DNA of 62,831 nt, counting the filler, from Fonticula-like sp. SCN 57-25 (Eukaryota): NCBI GenBank assembly GCA_001724245.1. It is 8 parts of 8 records of this genome, joined end to end, with 100 filler letters (N's around TTAATTAATTAA, not from the genome) between each part and the next. Parts side by side here need not be neighbours in the genome. Positions count along the whole stretch, not along the records: positions 7,888 to 15,667 come from MEDX01000335.1; positions 15,768 to 23,547 come from MEDX01000336.1; positions 23,648 to 31,419 come from MEDX01000337.1; 5 more parts are not named here. One strand, given 5' to 3'. The notes below the pieces were generated by a model, which worked only from the letters and a program-made list of their open reading frames with translations, was not told the origin of the DNA and did no database searches. Below are positions 12,352-30,094 of this stretch, piece after piece. The position numbers and the translations under genes were made by a program. The stretch's first letter is position 1. The number at the start of each line of letters is the position of its first letter.

Positions 12352-14273
12352 ATGGGCAAGCGAATTGCTGCGGTCCTGCTGCTGGCGGTCGCGCTTGTCG
12401 GCATGGCTTCTGCCAGTGCGCGCGTATGTGGCTTACTTTACATATCTGACCTATTATTGCGCAGGCGACTGGTCCGGCATCATGCAATCTGAGGTCAAGT
12501 ACCGTCTCACGGGCGTTGCGACCCCGGACTTTACGCGCTGGCTCGAGCGCAGGCAGTTTGACTTTAAGGTGGGCGGAGAAGAAGTCGAGGTACGAGCACT
12601 TCCATTTATTCACTATTTTTGTTGCTTATTTTTACTATAGATTTTTGTCAACACGCGCGACCTGAGCAAGATCCGCAAGGCTGGCTTCCATGTCATGATT
12701 GCAGAGACCGCCATGGTACGTCGCTGAGGCACGAGGGCCTTGAAGCTCACATGTGGGTTATACTAGCCTCTGACGGAGAAGATGCCCAACGACCTCGGCA
12801 AGTTTGTGCCTGGCCAGGCTCTTGCTCTTCCTGACGGGTACGCCTCTTGGCCCTGTTTACGACTCGCTAACGCGGCCGCCCCCTGGCAGCTACCTCGACT
12901 TTGACGACATCAACGCCTTCCTTGAGGACGCCGCTCGCCAGCACCCGACGCTTGCGTCGCTGGTGGACTCTAGCGTGTACGGCACCGGTGAGACTTATGA
13001 GGGCCGCACCATGCCTCTGCTCAAGATCTCGGGCAACGTTACGCTCGAGGAGGACGAGCCGGCGATCCTCATCAACGGCATGCACCACGCCCGCGAGGTT
13101 GTCACACCCGTCGTTGTCATGGACGTCATTTCCCGCCTTTTGAACGGCTATTCGACGTACGTTTGTGCTTTTTCGTGCGGCGCCGTCTAATGTATGTGCC
13201 TGCAGCGACGCCGAAATTCGCGCGATCGTCGACAACAATGCCATCTACCTCGCGCCCGTCTGGAACCCCGACGGCTACGTCTACGTGTGGACGGTGCGTG
13301 CTTCTTTCGAGGATATGTCTCCTAACGCGCGCTTAGAACGACAACATGTGGCGTAAGAACCGCAAGCCGAACGGCTCGTCGTACGGCGTCGACCTCAACC
13401 GCAACTACGACCTCGGCTGGGACAACACGTGCTCCGGCTCGTCCGTTCCGGCCTCCGAGACGTACAAGTACGGCCCTTGATGGGACGGCACAATGTGGAC
13501 TGGTACTGACGCGATGATCATTAGGGGCCCGACCGCTGCCTCCGAGGAGGAGACGCAGATCATGATGGACCTCTCGCTCAAGCTCAACCTCGCCAAGATG
13601 CTCGATCTCCACAGCTACGGCCGCGAGGTGCTCGTCTCGTACCTTTGCGAGCCCATCGACCGCGACTTTGACCAGTACATCTCGGACGTACGCGCCTCTC
13701 TTTTGGGTTCACGAATGACGGTGGCTGACGCGTGGCGCGGTTACAGGAGGGCGAGCGTCTCGGCGAGCTGGCCAACTATGGCATTCGCCCCCCGTCCGCG
13801 GACGGCGAGCACCAGGAGTGGACCATCGCGCGCGTCACGTCGTACGCGTTCCTTGCCGAGACTGCCAACGCGTTCCAGCCGCCGTATAGCGACGCCGTCA
13901 GTGAGGCCGAGCGCGTGTGGCCGCTGGTCAAGGTGCGCTACCTCTACTTTTTACGCCGCGGCTGACATTCGTAAAAAGTCGTTCCTCGAGACGCCCGCCC
14001 CGCTCGGCGGCCATGTTACGCTCAACGGCGAGCCGGTCGATGCCAAGATCCTCATCGAGGACTGGGACATTGAGTGGCACAGCGAGGGCGCGTTTGGCCG
14101 CTACCACATCTTCCTGCCCAACGGTGCGCTGCTTGGCCGGGTCGCCGCGTAGAATACTTACCTGCCGCGATATAGGTAACTATAACGTGACGTTTGTGGC
14201 GGAAGGCGAGGCCGCCTCCTTCAGCATCGATATTGATAACTCGGTGCCGAGCTTGTTTGACGTCGAGCTGTAA
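12352..14273 (+). CDS. Secreted M14 zinc carboxypeptidase with C-terminal beta-sandwich, about 10 exons
   Basis: Signal peptide MGKRIAAVLLLAVALVG; TYEGR, GMHHARE, WNPDGY, WRKNR, GVDLNRNYD, SEEET, DLHSYG, FLAETANAFQP. Confidence 0.92.
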
Positions 14274-14464
14274 TATGGACTGTGAAGCGTCCCTTAGTAA
14301 AGCTTTCCTTAGTAGAACACAGCCTTACCTATATCAAACATCATAAAAATGACACCACGATTGCAACAAAAAGTGCAAACTGCAAACAATCGTGCAAACT
14401 TGGACGCAAACTGTGCCTTAACCGCCGTGGCTGCCGGTGTGCACTCTGGGACGCTGAGCATTGC

Positions 14465-15667
14465 ATGAAGCAGTACGCCCCTCCTCCACTGCAGGATCCC
14501 GCTCATCGGGTTAACCCTTTTTGCTGTACGTTCATTGAACACTACAGGGCCGAGTTGGATCGCCGGAAAGTAAAAGGTCAAGCCAGATCGCCGTCGCCCA
14601 AGGCAGTGTCAGAGCCCAAGAAGCGGCCGCCCAGCGCCATGGTTGCCGCATTGCCACCGCGCGAGCGGCATCCGCGCCAGGCGCGCGATGCGGTGGAGGA
14701 GACGGAAGCCGCGGTGAAGGAGGCCGTGACGGCAGTGTCGTCGCGCGGCCGATCGCACAACAAGACCGCCACAAGCAAGTTCTATGGCCGTGCGCATATA
14801 TATCCTTGACGCGGCGTCGTCATCTAACGCGGGCGCAGCCCCCGAGACATGGATCACAGAAGACTATCTAATCGACGTGGAGCCTGACGAAAAGGTCCTC
14901 AGGAAATGTGTCATCCTCGAGCCCGTGATGCCGCGCAGCAAATCCATTCAGGCTACCGCGCCTGCTGCAGCCGCGCCGCCATCCGAAGAGATCGCTGTCC
15001 CGCTGTTCACAATAGTTGAGCATCGCCCCAGCGAGGTGCGTTCTTATCCCCTAGCCCGCGTCCGCTTACGTTCGTTTGTAGACGCGCCTATATACCCGAT
15101 CGCGTTCTCCGTCGCTGGCCGAGGGCGAGGACACGGACGACGAGTGCTTCCTCCTTCGGCATCGCCGCCACGAGATCCTCGAGAAGAAGCGCAAGAACCG
15201 CGACCGCGAGCGCCTCATCCACGAAATGTACATCCGCGAGCAGGATAATGAGCAGCGCGAGCGGCGCCTCTTGAACCAGCTCTTCATGCGGTCGCGCGGC
15301 GCCACCTTTTTCGCCGCCCAGGCAGCCGCGCTCCAGAAGGAACGGTCCGTTTCGCCGGGGCCCGCGCCCATTCTGCGTAAGCACAAGAGTAGTCCCGCGA
15401 GCCTCTCATCCTCCTCAGCGCCCGCGCCGACACCGACTCTCACTGCCGAGCAGCTCGCCAGCCGCGAGGAGCGTGTGACGAGACGAGGCGCGCAGCAGCT
15501 CGCCGGCGGGCACCCGTCGACCGCTGCCGCACCTGCTGCTCCCAAAAAGACAAAGTCGAAAAGCGCCGCCGCGCCGCCGCCGTCGTCCGGCAGCGCCAGC
15601 GCGGCGTCCGCGCTCGAGCGCGAGGAGCGGTCCAAGCGGCGCGCGGCGCTGCAGGAGCGGCCGCCGC
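14465..15667 (+). CDS. PEHE-domain (MSL1/KANSL1/Sas4-like) chromatin protein, 3' truncated; start uncertain
   Basis: EIAVPLFTIVE...EDTDDECFLLRHRRHEILEKKRKNRDRERLIHE (about 14985-15225) matches the PEHE pattern VPxW...EDLxDxxFxxRHxxxExxEKxRxxxD. Confidence 0.6.
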
Positions 15668-15767
15668 NNNNNNNNNNNNNNNNNNNNNNNNNNNNNNNNN
15701 NNNNNNNNNNNTTAATTAATTAANNNNNNNNNNNNNNNNNNNNNNNNNNNNNNNNNNNNNNNNNNNN

Positions 15768-20239
<4,472 letters not shown>

Positions 20240-20569
20240 GCGATGTGATTGGTGGAGAAGAAGATTAATGAGTCAGTGTTACATTTTAATAAGAAAGAGA
20301 TAATGGTTGTTTGAGTGATAGTCAGTATAGTATGGACAAGTATGAATAGCATCATATACAGTATGACAATAGTGTGTCAGACGTGTGGTCTATCAATACC
20401 ACTATGGATCACCCACGTCCTCATATGGATCATGTGACAATGACTAAAAGCACCAAAGCAGTATCATATTTCATACCGGTACAATGGGGGTACCGTATAG
20501 CATGGTCGTTCTTATACTAGCTTTATTGAATTGGATAGGTAAAAAGAAAAACAATGACAAGAATGAAGA

Positions 20570-22682
20570 TCAAGAAAAGACTATTTGATTCCCAATAGGA
20601 ATTGATCCTGTCCATGAGACCATCCACGTGGCCTTGTCACTGTCAGTTTCGTTTCGCTTTGCCTTGACAAGGTTGATAAACTTGACTGCATCTGGTACCT
20701 TGAGTGCTCCTTTGCCTGCTTCAATGACACGTGGCGGCGAAAGTGAACAAAGAGCAGCACCATGCCAGCAAGCAGAGGCAAGACAAGTAAAAGGAGCACC
20801 AAGTGACTTGATCCAGTTTGCAGTTTGCTTGTCATCCCATGAAAGAACACAGCCACGTGGCGGGGCAAAGTCTCTCTTGTCGCTAAGCTTGTGGTGCGCA
20901 ATGAACCCACGCAGTTGAAGTGCGGCGGCATCATTGAATGACACACCGTATTCCATCACGTGTTCAACATGGAGCATTGTCAGGGAAACACCGTTAATCT
21001 CCTTTAGGGAAGTTTGCAGTTTGCTCATACCGATGTCACAGAGCCATTCCATAAAGGCGTCACCGCGGACATCCTCTAATCCTGAAACAGATAAGCAATC
21101 TGTCAAGCTGTCAAGTGTCTGCGAGCACATATGAATGATGCCAAGCAAGGCATTGTGACGCTCCATCAGTTTTGTAAAATCACGTGACTGAGCAATATAC
21201 TCGGGAGTTTGCAGTTTTGAAAGTGCCTTTTTCTCGATCGCCACTGCCAAGACATTGTTAGTATTTGGCCACGTGATACTCAGTTCGCACATTTGGCCTC
21301 GAGGTCAGCAATGGATCGCTTCAGTTCCTGCTCACGTGACATACGCTGACGTAATCCTTTGTCTGCCTTTTCAAGCGATGCTTCAATCTCCTTCACTTGT
21401 GCCTCCGCCTCTGCCAGACGCTCGCGGACGCACACGTGGGCAGGAAGAGTCACTTGAGGGGCAGCGGAAAATGCAATATAAGGATCAGTTTGCCACAATT
21501 CAACTTGACCACGATCAAAACCAACAGTAATGTTGCCAGACGCAGCGTGGTACGACAATGATAACACCTGCATAGCAAAATGGGTGAGCAATATAAATAG
21601 ACAAAGCATGACACACCTGTCCACCACATTTATAGTTTGCAGTTTGCACTCCATCAGAGGTGCGCCAAATCTGAAGTGATTGATCATATGACCCAGTGAT
21701 CACGTGTGACTCGTCACCGAGAGAGGCGCCGCCGAAGACATGACTCGCGTGTCCCTTAAACATCACGTGAGGAGTGGATGGCCACGTGGTTCCATTTGGA
21801 ACACTCCAGATGGAAGCAGTCTTGTCGTGACTTGTGACCAATAGCATGCGGCCAGAGGGACTGAAGCAGAGTGAATTGATCTAGTATCAATTAGTAATGA
21901 GAATAAAAAGAAATGTATCATACAGTAGCAGAGTGATGCTTGTTGTATGATACTTGCGCCCACTTGACCTTGGGTGATTTAAAAATGTACACGTGGCCAT
22001 CACCACATCCCGCCGTAAGGATATTCCCGTCGGGTGAAAAGGCAACACTCCACACCTGACACTTTCGTGTGAGCAACAGCAAGTAATCATTCACAAACGC
22101 ACATAACTTAACAATCCAGTCAATGTTTGAATGACAGCATAGTTCTTTGATGGATCCAAGAGTGTCACTGCTTTGTCTTCTCCACCGACAGCAAGGATCC
22201 CACTGGGACTGAATGTGCATCCATACAACTAGACAAGGGGTGAGCAAAGAAAGAGCGCCAAAAATTGATGCATACAGGTTTGTTGATCTTGTACACCGTC
22301 GTGACCGTCGAGTGCGCATTGTTGTTTGTGACTTGGATGACACTGCCACTCCATGTCACGGCGACAAGACGCGTCCCGTCGGGCGACCACGCGACATCCC
22401 GCAACTTATTGTTGTGGTGTCAGAACAAAGAAGGACAAATGGGCACGTACACCACCACTATCACAATCCGCAGTGTACACTTTTTCCTGCGTGGCAATAT
22501 TGGTGATGCAGAGTGACTTGTCATCACTGCTAGTTGCCACCAAAGTGCCGTCGAGGGAAATCGCACACGCTCTCACCTGCAAACACAAGCAGCATCAGAC
22601 CAGCAGCACGTCAAAAGCAAGAAAGTCGTACTCGCTCTGTGTGCGGTGTAATAGTCGCCTTCTTGACCAGTTGATGCGCCAT
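20570..22682 (-). CDS. WD40-repeat + coiled-coil + tandem SAM-like domain protein
   Basis: VATSSDDKSL, DVAWSPDG, SVAFSPDG, TSHDKTASIW, FKGH...TGSYDQSLQIW; coiled coil ERLAEAEAQVKEIEASLE; SAM-like EWLCDIGM...INGVSLTML and SWDDKQTANWIKSLG...HGAALCSL. Confidence 0.8.
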
Positions 22683-23369
22683 TGCGTCCACCACTCTTCT
22701 CTCTTTCCCTTTCTACAACCTCAACAGCGGCCAACTCGCGATGCGCGCGCGGCGCGGGAAAACAAACGAACGGTCCTGTAAAGTCGGCCACGTGGGTGTG
22801 TAATTATGGTCACGTGATCCGATCCATTGAAGTCAAGTGTCGAGTCAGCATCCCAGCTGAGTCGACACTTGAGTCGACACAAGTCGACAGTGGCAGAGGG
22901 CAGGCGTGGTCTGATGAAGGTCATATGGGATGCCATTGGAAAGGCATCATTGTGCGGTCAACTTGTCTTTCATTCACTGCTTACACACGTGGTTGTTGTG
23001 GTGATTTGTCGGTGATTTGCGTTCCGGGATGCCCAGCAGCATGCCATCGCGCGCGCATGCCGTCGGTGCCCGCTCGTGATCGCCGTCGCTCGGGGCATCA
23101 CTGAGACCCGCACAAGGAATGGCCACCACTTTCATGTGATGCCGTGCACAAACTGGCAGGGGCGGCAGTCAGATCCGCTTTCGATTCTGCTAGCCAAAAG
23201 GGAGAGCAGTGAATCCATGGTGCTGATCGTAATCCATGGGCACAATAGACTATTATGCTACTTTGAGAAGTGGTAAGGAAAGACAACATTCATTAAAAAG
23301 GAAACAGAATTGCAAAAGTCACATGTTCATAAGGAGAGAAACACAGCACAGTGATAAATCTAATATTAT

Positions 23370-23547
23370 TTAGGCCTGATTGTCAATAGGGGTCGTTCCA
23401 CTCCACTTTGACACCCACGTGGCCTTGTCGCCATCCGTTTCATTTCGCATTTGTCGCACCAGTCCAATGAACTTGACTGCATCAGATACCTTGAGTGCTC
23501 CCTTGGATGCTTCAATGACACGTGGCGGCGAAAGTGAGCATAAGGCG
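23370..23547 (-). CDS. 3' end of a tandem paralog of the WD40-SAM gene, truncated by contig end
   Basis: ALCSLSPPRVIEASKGALKVSDAVKFIGLVRQMRNETDGDKATWVSKWSGTTPIDNQA-stop aligns with the C-terminus encoded at 20570-20760. Confidence 0.85.
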
Positions 23548-23647
23548 NNNNNNNNNNNNNNNNNNNNNNNNNNNNNNNNNNNNNNNNNNNNTTAATTAAT
23601 TAANNNNNNNNNNNNNNNNNNNNNNNNNNNNNNNNNNNNNNNNNNNN

Positions 23648-24797
23648 CACGTGCTTGCGTTTACTTTCGCCTTCCGAAAGCGAAGTTGCGACGGACGAGC
23701 CCGGCTGAGTAATATAAAAACGATCGTCGGCGGTCGCGGTCGGCTCAATTTGGCATTCGTGCTCGTGGCCCCAAAAGACAAGGTCGAGAAAGGAGGGTAG
23801 GAGGTGTTCGGGAATGTAGTTTGTGGGGCCGTGACGTGCTCTAGAGTTATTTTTAGCATGGAAAAAGAGAGGATAAAAGAGTGGAAAGTGTCAAAAAAGA
23901 GTACAAAAGTGTCAAAAAAGAGTCAAAAAAAGAGTCAAAAAAGAGTAAAAGTGTCAAAAAAGTGACAAAAAAGTGTCAAAAAAAAAAGAGTATAAATGTG
24001 CTTAAACATGCTCAAAAAATAGTCCATACCTGTTTTGGTGGATGACAAACATGTTGAAAAAAGAGTGTTCGTTTGTTGACGGCGTGGCAAAGTGCACGCG
24101 GCCGTTTCGGAACGTGCGGTGAAGTCGCTCGTCGCGCACATTGCCGAGGCCATAGACGGCCACGTGCGTGGCGCCTTTGCGGAGAAGCACGGGCGACACG
24201 GTGATGTCGTCGACCTGGCGGGCCTTGCCAAAGTAGTTGACCATGCCGGCGACGCTCAGCAGATCGAGCGCGCACAGGCCATCATTCTAGATCAAGATCA
24301 GCGGGAAAAGATCCAAGGAAAAAAAGGGGCGCACGCCGGCGGGATCGTCGTGGTTGCCGTGGATGCTAAAGCACGGGATGGACACGTTGAGGTTGGGGTC
24401 CTCGTAGTTGACGTTGCCGAATGTGTTGGTGAGAAAGTTGACGGCGGGATCGCTGAGAAGCTGGAGGGCGCAGGGGCGATCGCCAAAGCAGTAGCGGCGG
24501 AGGAGCTCCATCGTGTTGTAGAGGGTGCGGCGAGAGGGTTTGTTTTCGTGGAAGAGGTCGCCGCCGAGAAGGATCATGTCGACCTTGTGCTCGACGCTGA
24601 GCTGGAGAATCTCTTCGAATGAGGCGAAGGAATCTTTCCCGCGCACGGGATCCTCTTCAAGGTACCCAATGTGATTGTCGGTGGCTGGAAAAAAAAGCAT
24701 GGAATAAGCAAGAGAAAAGAACAAACTGCACAAAAATGCGCGTACTGATCATAATGCGGAGCACGTCGCTCTCGTCGTGGTTTCCTAGCGACGCCAT
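23648..24797 (-). CDS. MRE11: Double-strand break repair nuclease MRE11, 5' part
   Basis: [75 protein letters not shown]. Confidence 0.97.
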
Positions 24798-24934
24798 GGC
24801 GCGCGTTGCTTGATGCAGGCGGGCGCGCACCTGCCAACAAGAGAAACACTTGCAATCGACGTTTCCCGCCAAACTCTGTCCACAGTGCTGTGACAGTGTT
24901 GTTGGCTTGGCGATCATCCAAGGATCTGGCGAGG

Positions 24935-27900
24935 ATGCCGGCGGTGCCGCTGCCGTCAGGGCCCGACAACGGCCTTCCTATATACATTACATGTACGGCT
25001 GCGCGCTTGGTGCGCTTGAAGCGAGTTTGACAAAAGTTTTGTTTTAGATAAAGATGACAGCAATGTATGGCAGTATCTTGCGCCCAACTTTATGTCGCGC
25101 ATGCCGCTCAGGGACGTGACCATCAATCTCCCTACCGGACCGTACGCGCATTAAAGCGGCATCGCCGTAACTAACAGCGCCATCTCTGCCAGTCATGTCG
25201 TCTCGTCGCTCAAGCTTGTGCCGTCCAACATTCTCGGCCTGATTGCGTGGCAACCGCCAGCCGGCATGCCCGTGAATCTGCATCAGGGATCCTTTGTAAA
25301 CCTGTTCCTGGTCAGCAGCGAGGTACGATTTTAACAGATCATCCAGCATCATCTTTGTGTGCTAATGCACTTTTCAGAATAAGGATGACTGGAAAAAGAT
25401 CCGCACGTCGATCCGCGAATGGCAATCGATCGCCACCGATCGCCGCTTCCAAGATTGGTTCGTCGTCTACGTCAGCCTCGAGACATCCCGCCTCAAAAAA
25501 TTCAACATCTTTTCCACCTATGAAAAACTCAAGCAAGAATTCGGCAAAAAATGCCTCGTTTTCCGCCTCAGCGATGACGAGTCACAAAACATCGAATCGT
25601 GGGACGCGACATTCGATCGCGTTCGCCAGGCCGTCGCGACGGGCATCTCGGCGCAGGTGTCGCAGCTGATGGACGATGTCGCCAAGGGCTACGAAAAAAG
25701 AGGGCTTCCAGGCTGGAATTTTTTGAGACACTTTTGCTCGCTAGAGTGCCTCTCGGAATGGTACGTCGCGCTGGGGATGCGCAACCTCGCACTGCAGCAG
25801 TACCGCGATGTCGACAGGATCTTTCACCAGCTCGATGGTGCGCATCAAAAAAAATTTTTTTTGTGGCAAAACATAGTCAAAAAGGCTCATTTTATGCTCA
25901 TTTTTTGTGTGCTTTTTACTCATTTTCTGCTCACTTTTTGTGTGCTTTTAAATAGGCGTTGCGTCAGTTTCGAATGACTGGATGCAGACACTCGGCGGCG
26001 ATGCCCTTTTAGATGATTCGCTCGACGTTTTCGATATTCACCAAAAACCGCACCAAAAGGCCATTCTAGAGAATAATATCAGCGCATATGACTTTTCGTG
26101 CTTTATATTTGGAAAGCAAGCGCATCTTTTGCTTGCAATGGACAATGCAGTTGAGGTTATGAATGCGTGTGTGCCATTCGCACAGGGTCTCATCCGTCGC
26201 TTCTCATCTCAGGTACGAAAGTGGATATTTTGGGTGTAAAAAATTGGTCATTTTTATGGTAAATTGGTCACTTTTATGGTAAATTGGTCACTTTTATGGT
26301 AAATTGGTCACTTTTTGTGCTTTTATTGTTGTCACAATGAACATGATTTTGGTACTTTTTGGTGTTATTTGGTCACTTTTAGTCCATTTTTTGTTACTTT
26401 TTACCACTTTTTTACCACTTTTTAATGTCAATTCTCACTTTTTTTTTCCATTTTCAGCCAAATCTGCGCCCATACTTCCTTGAATCCCGCCTCTTTTCCT
26501 TTTGCCTCCGCGCCGTCCGCCTCCTCGACCGCTTCCGCCACTCCAGCCCCACCTTCAGTGTCGGCCCCACCCCACTCGACCCACTCACCCTATCAGAAAC
26601 AAACACTTTATACGCATCAAATAAGGGCGAATTACTCTTACTTGCACGACGACAACTCGATAGACTTGGCCTTTTAATGGGAAAAATTCCGTCTGTTTTG
26701 CCTTTTAGTGCTTATGGAAAAGTCAATGTTGCAAGAAGGGCAAGTTTGGATCGAAACAAGCCAATTGTACGATTTTGATTGTAAAAATCGCATGCGTTTT
26801 TTGATTGTTTTTGATTGTGAAAGTCGCATGCGTTATTTTGATTGTGAAAGTCGCATGAATTAGTCGCATGCGTTATTTTAAAAGTCGCATGCGTTAACGC
26901 AGGTGGGTAGGTGATGAGGCGATCGAGCATGATCACGATGCCGCGAGGGGATGATGATGTGATGCCGATCACGACACGTGATCTCGCAATGGCACTATGT
27001 GACACTGTCGCATTCGACAGACTATACGAGGTACGCGAGTCTATTTATAGAATTGATATAAATAGACTGATGACGTAATAGGAAATTACGATGGCTGCGT
27101 TGGAATGTGCGCAAGTGTCGCGGCAGCCTCATAGGGCAGAGACACTAAGATCGGATTTGGCGGCGCTTTATTTGTGCGAATAGAAGAGTTTGGGGTGGAA
27201 TCAGGGGTGGAATCAGGGGTGATTATGGATAAGTTGGGGGTGAAAGTATAATATTGTTGTTTGTGTGATGTTTGTATGGTGTATAGTGATTGTATAGTGA
27301 GGATTTTAGTGATGATAGAGTGATGGTTTTAGTGATGGTTTAGTGTCATTTTAGTATCATTTTAGTATCATTTTGGTATCATTTTGGTATCATTTTTGTA
27401 TCATTTTGTGTTATTATAGTATCATTTTGTATCATTTAGTATCATTTTGTATCATTTTACTGTCATTTTACTTACCACTCTTCTCAGTATTCGCGGAAGA
27501 TATTCCGAAGCATCCACCTATTTCCGCCCCCTTTCCCACTCCACTTCTTCAACAGGCTGGTCAATTCTATCAATCCACATGCAACTACGATTGGCTGAAT
27601 GTCAACTCAAAAGTGGCCAATTGCCGCAGTTCTTGCAGACATCGTTTGAGTTGATTGGATTGGGTGATTGTGTGGCGCCGATGGAGAGGAAGAGATTGGT
27701 GGGGGAGATTAATCACGTGTGTGAGACTATTAAAATTGGTACGATATAGTAGGGGAAAGTAGTGTGGGCAGAAGAGTATTATGTGTTAATTTAAAGTAGT
27801 ATTAATGTTCATTTCATGTACATAATGTTCTTTCGGTTTACTGTTCATGTACTGTTCATATAATATTCATGTACTGTTCATGTACTGTTCATATAATATT

Positions 27901-30094
27901 CATGGTCATTTCATGTACTGTTCATATACTTTTCATGGTCATTTCATGTACTGTTCATATAATTTTCATGTACTTCTCATGTACTTTTCATGTACAGTTC
28001 ATATGATTTTCATGTTTTGTTCATGTATTTTTAGTGTACTTTTCATGTACTGTTCATGTACTGTTCATGTACTGTTCATGTACTGTTCATGTACTGTTCA
28101 TGTACTGTTCATGTATTCTTCATGTACTGTTCATGTACTACTCATGTTCTTTCAATGTACTCTTCATATACTTGTCATGTACTGTTCATATACTTTTCAT
28201 CTTTCCTTGTACTGTTCAAGTTCTTTTCATGTACTTTGTGTCACTTTTCTCCCCCTTCTAACACCCCTCTCTAGTATCACGCCACTCATGTGACCCCGTC
28301 CTATCTGTCTCCCTCGCCACCACCCCAAATGGCACACTTCGCACCGTCCATACAACATCAAACATTCTCCAATTACGCGTCGAAATTGCAAGTAAATTCC
28401 CAGAGACACTTTTTCCCGCCACAATTAAATTATGCTTTCTTGGCCACGTGGACCTATCCTTAAGTGCCACAAATGTGTCATTATGGCCTGGGTCGAATCA
28501 GGTGCTGCTTGAATTGGCCAATCCGGAGATGAATGCTGATCTATTTGTGGATACACTTGAAGTGTGGCTCAGCCAATCAGTGTGCTTGTACAAGTCGTAT
28601 GTGGGGAAAGATGGAAGTGGATGTGTGCGTGTGTCACGTGATGCGCCGTCGTTGGCGGTGAGGTTGTTTTTGCCGGATCGCGCGGATTTTCCCGCCAAAA
28701 TGAGTGGTGTGGCGCAGTGCGTTCGCGCGCGAATTTCGACCAATCAGGATGTCGTAAAAATGGCGAATATTTCCTTATCTTCCAATGATGGTCTTTTGCT
28801 AGTGGAGGGCGCAAATGTTGCTATTTTGGTCACAGAGGGACCTCATGAATTGGCCACGTGGACAGGTGTGGTTGAGAATGGCTCTATTGGTGGAATTCCG
28901 ACACTTCCTCGCGGATGCGTTGTCAGCATTTTACTACCCGTTTCCGTTCCTCCCGCCAAACTGGAACATTTAGTGGATATCAAAATTGATTACGTGTCAG
29001 AAATTGATATAAAACGATCGCTTCGCCATTCGCAGCCGATCGACTTTGCACCCCCTGTGAGTGTCACGTGCGATGTTGTTGAGCTTGATATGGTGGCAAT
29101 AGTAAGGGTGAAGGTGTCGAGGGTTGATAGGGGAGAGAGGATTGCAGTGAGGGATGTTGTTATGGAGGCGGATGATAGGAGGGTGGTGGTGGATCAGCCA
29201 ATCAGAGAAGAGGTTATTATGGTACGAAGGAAAGAGTAGGGGAAGTGGAAAGAGGAATGATATGGGGAAGACAGAATGATATGGGAATGATATGGGAATG
29301 ACATGTTTATGTGACAATGTGTGATCATGTGTGATCATGTGTGACAATGTGAATGTGATAGTATGGCATGATTCATGTGTCAATATGGCTTGTTTTATGT
29401 GACAATATGGCATGATTCATGTGATAATATGGATGTTTCATGTGATAATATGTGCCTTTTTGTGTTGATGTATGGCATGTGGCCATATGGATTGTGACAA
29501 TTTTCCTTGTTTTGTATGACAATTTCTTTTTTCTGCCTTAATTATGTACATTATACGCTGACACACCATTAGCCATCCGGTGACTGTTCATTCCTCTTCC
29601 GCGTCTCCCCATTGGCCGACACGCGCCACCTCACCTTCCGCGCCCGCTACAAACAACTCCTTCCAGGGGACGACTCCACCCCAGACTCTGCCGCAGACTG
29701 GAGCAACGTCTCACACACAGTCACACTTTCACCACGTGGCCAAAAATTTTCCGTTTCTTTTTCTGCTGGTGAAACGACCAGTGTCAGCGTCCTTTTTCCA
29801 GTACAAGTTGCAATCTCGCGTGCAAACTGCGATGAAAAGAGGGGTTTTTTTGTGTCGCTGCGGCCACGTGAGCATGATTGGGTTGTGCAGGGGAGGTCGA
29901 GGTGTCACGTGATGTGTGAGGAAGGTGCAAAAGTTCAGTTTGCATTGTATGCGCTGAGGCCTGGGCAGTTGATCTTGCCAGAGGTGGTTGTTGAGGGAGA
30001 AGAGGGGGAAAAGATGAGCGTGATGCAAGTTGATAAGGCGAAAAGTGTTACTGTAAGGGCGCCGGAAGCGGCTGTTTCGCTTTGGGCGCCATAA
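24935..30094 (+). CDS. TRAPPC10: TRAPP II subunit TRAPPC10/Trs130-like, multi-exon
   Basis: IYITY-KDDSNVWQYLAPNFMSRMPLRDV, DWFVVYV, KRGLPGWNF...LALQQY, ISAYDFSCFIFGKQAHLL, LWPGSNQVLL, C-terminal DWVVQGR...LRPGQLILPEV. Confidence 0.8.
26775..26897 (+). repeat. Intronic minisatellite with TCGCATG core (5 copies)
   Basis: TGATTGTGAAAGTCGCATGCGTTATTT-like units fill a TRAPPC10 intron. Confidence 0.85.
27838..28235 (+). repeat. Intronic 11-mer tandem repeat (TACTGTTCATG)n
   Basis: Perfect and degenerate copies across about 400 nt of a TRAPPC10 intron. Confidence 0.95.

Noticed and set aside
14154-14164. ATACTTACCTG, identical to the U1 snRNA 5' end
   Set aside because: Lies at the branch region of a short carboxypeptidase intron and is followed by coding exon. 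No U1 stem-loops or Sm site are apparent.
27847-28293. MYCSCTVHVLF-repeat ORFs, or a CRISPR-like array
   Set aside because: An 11-nt tandem repeat with no unique spacers, in a eukaryotic intron.
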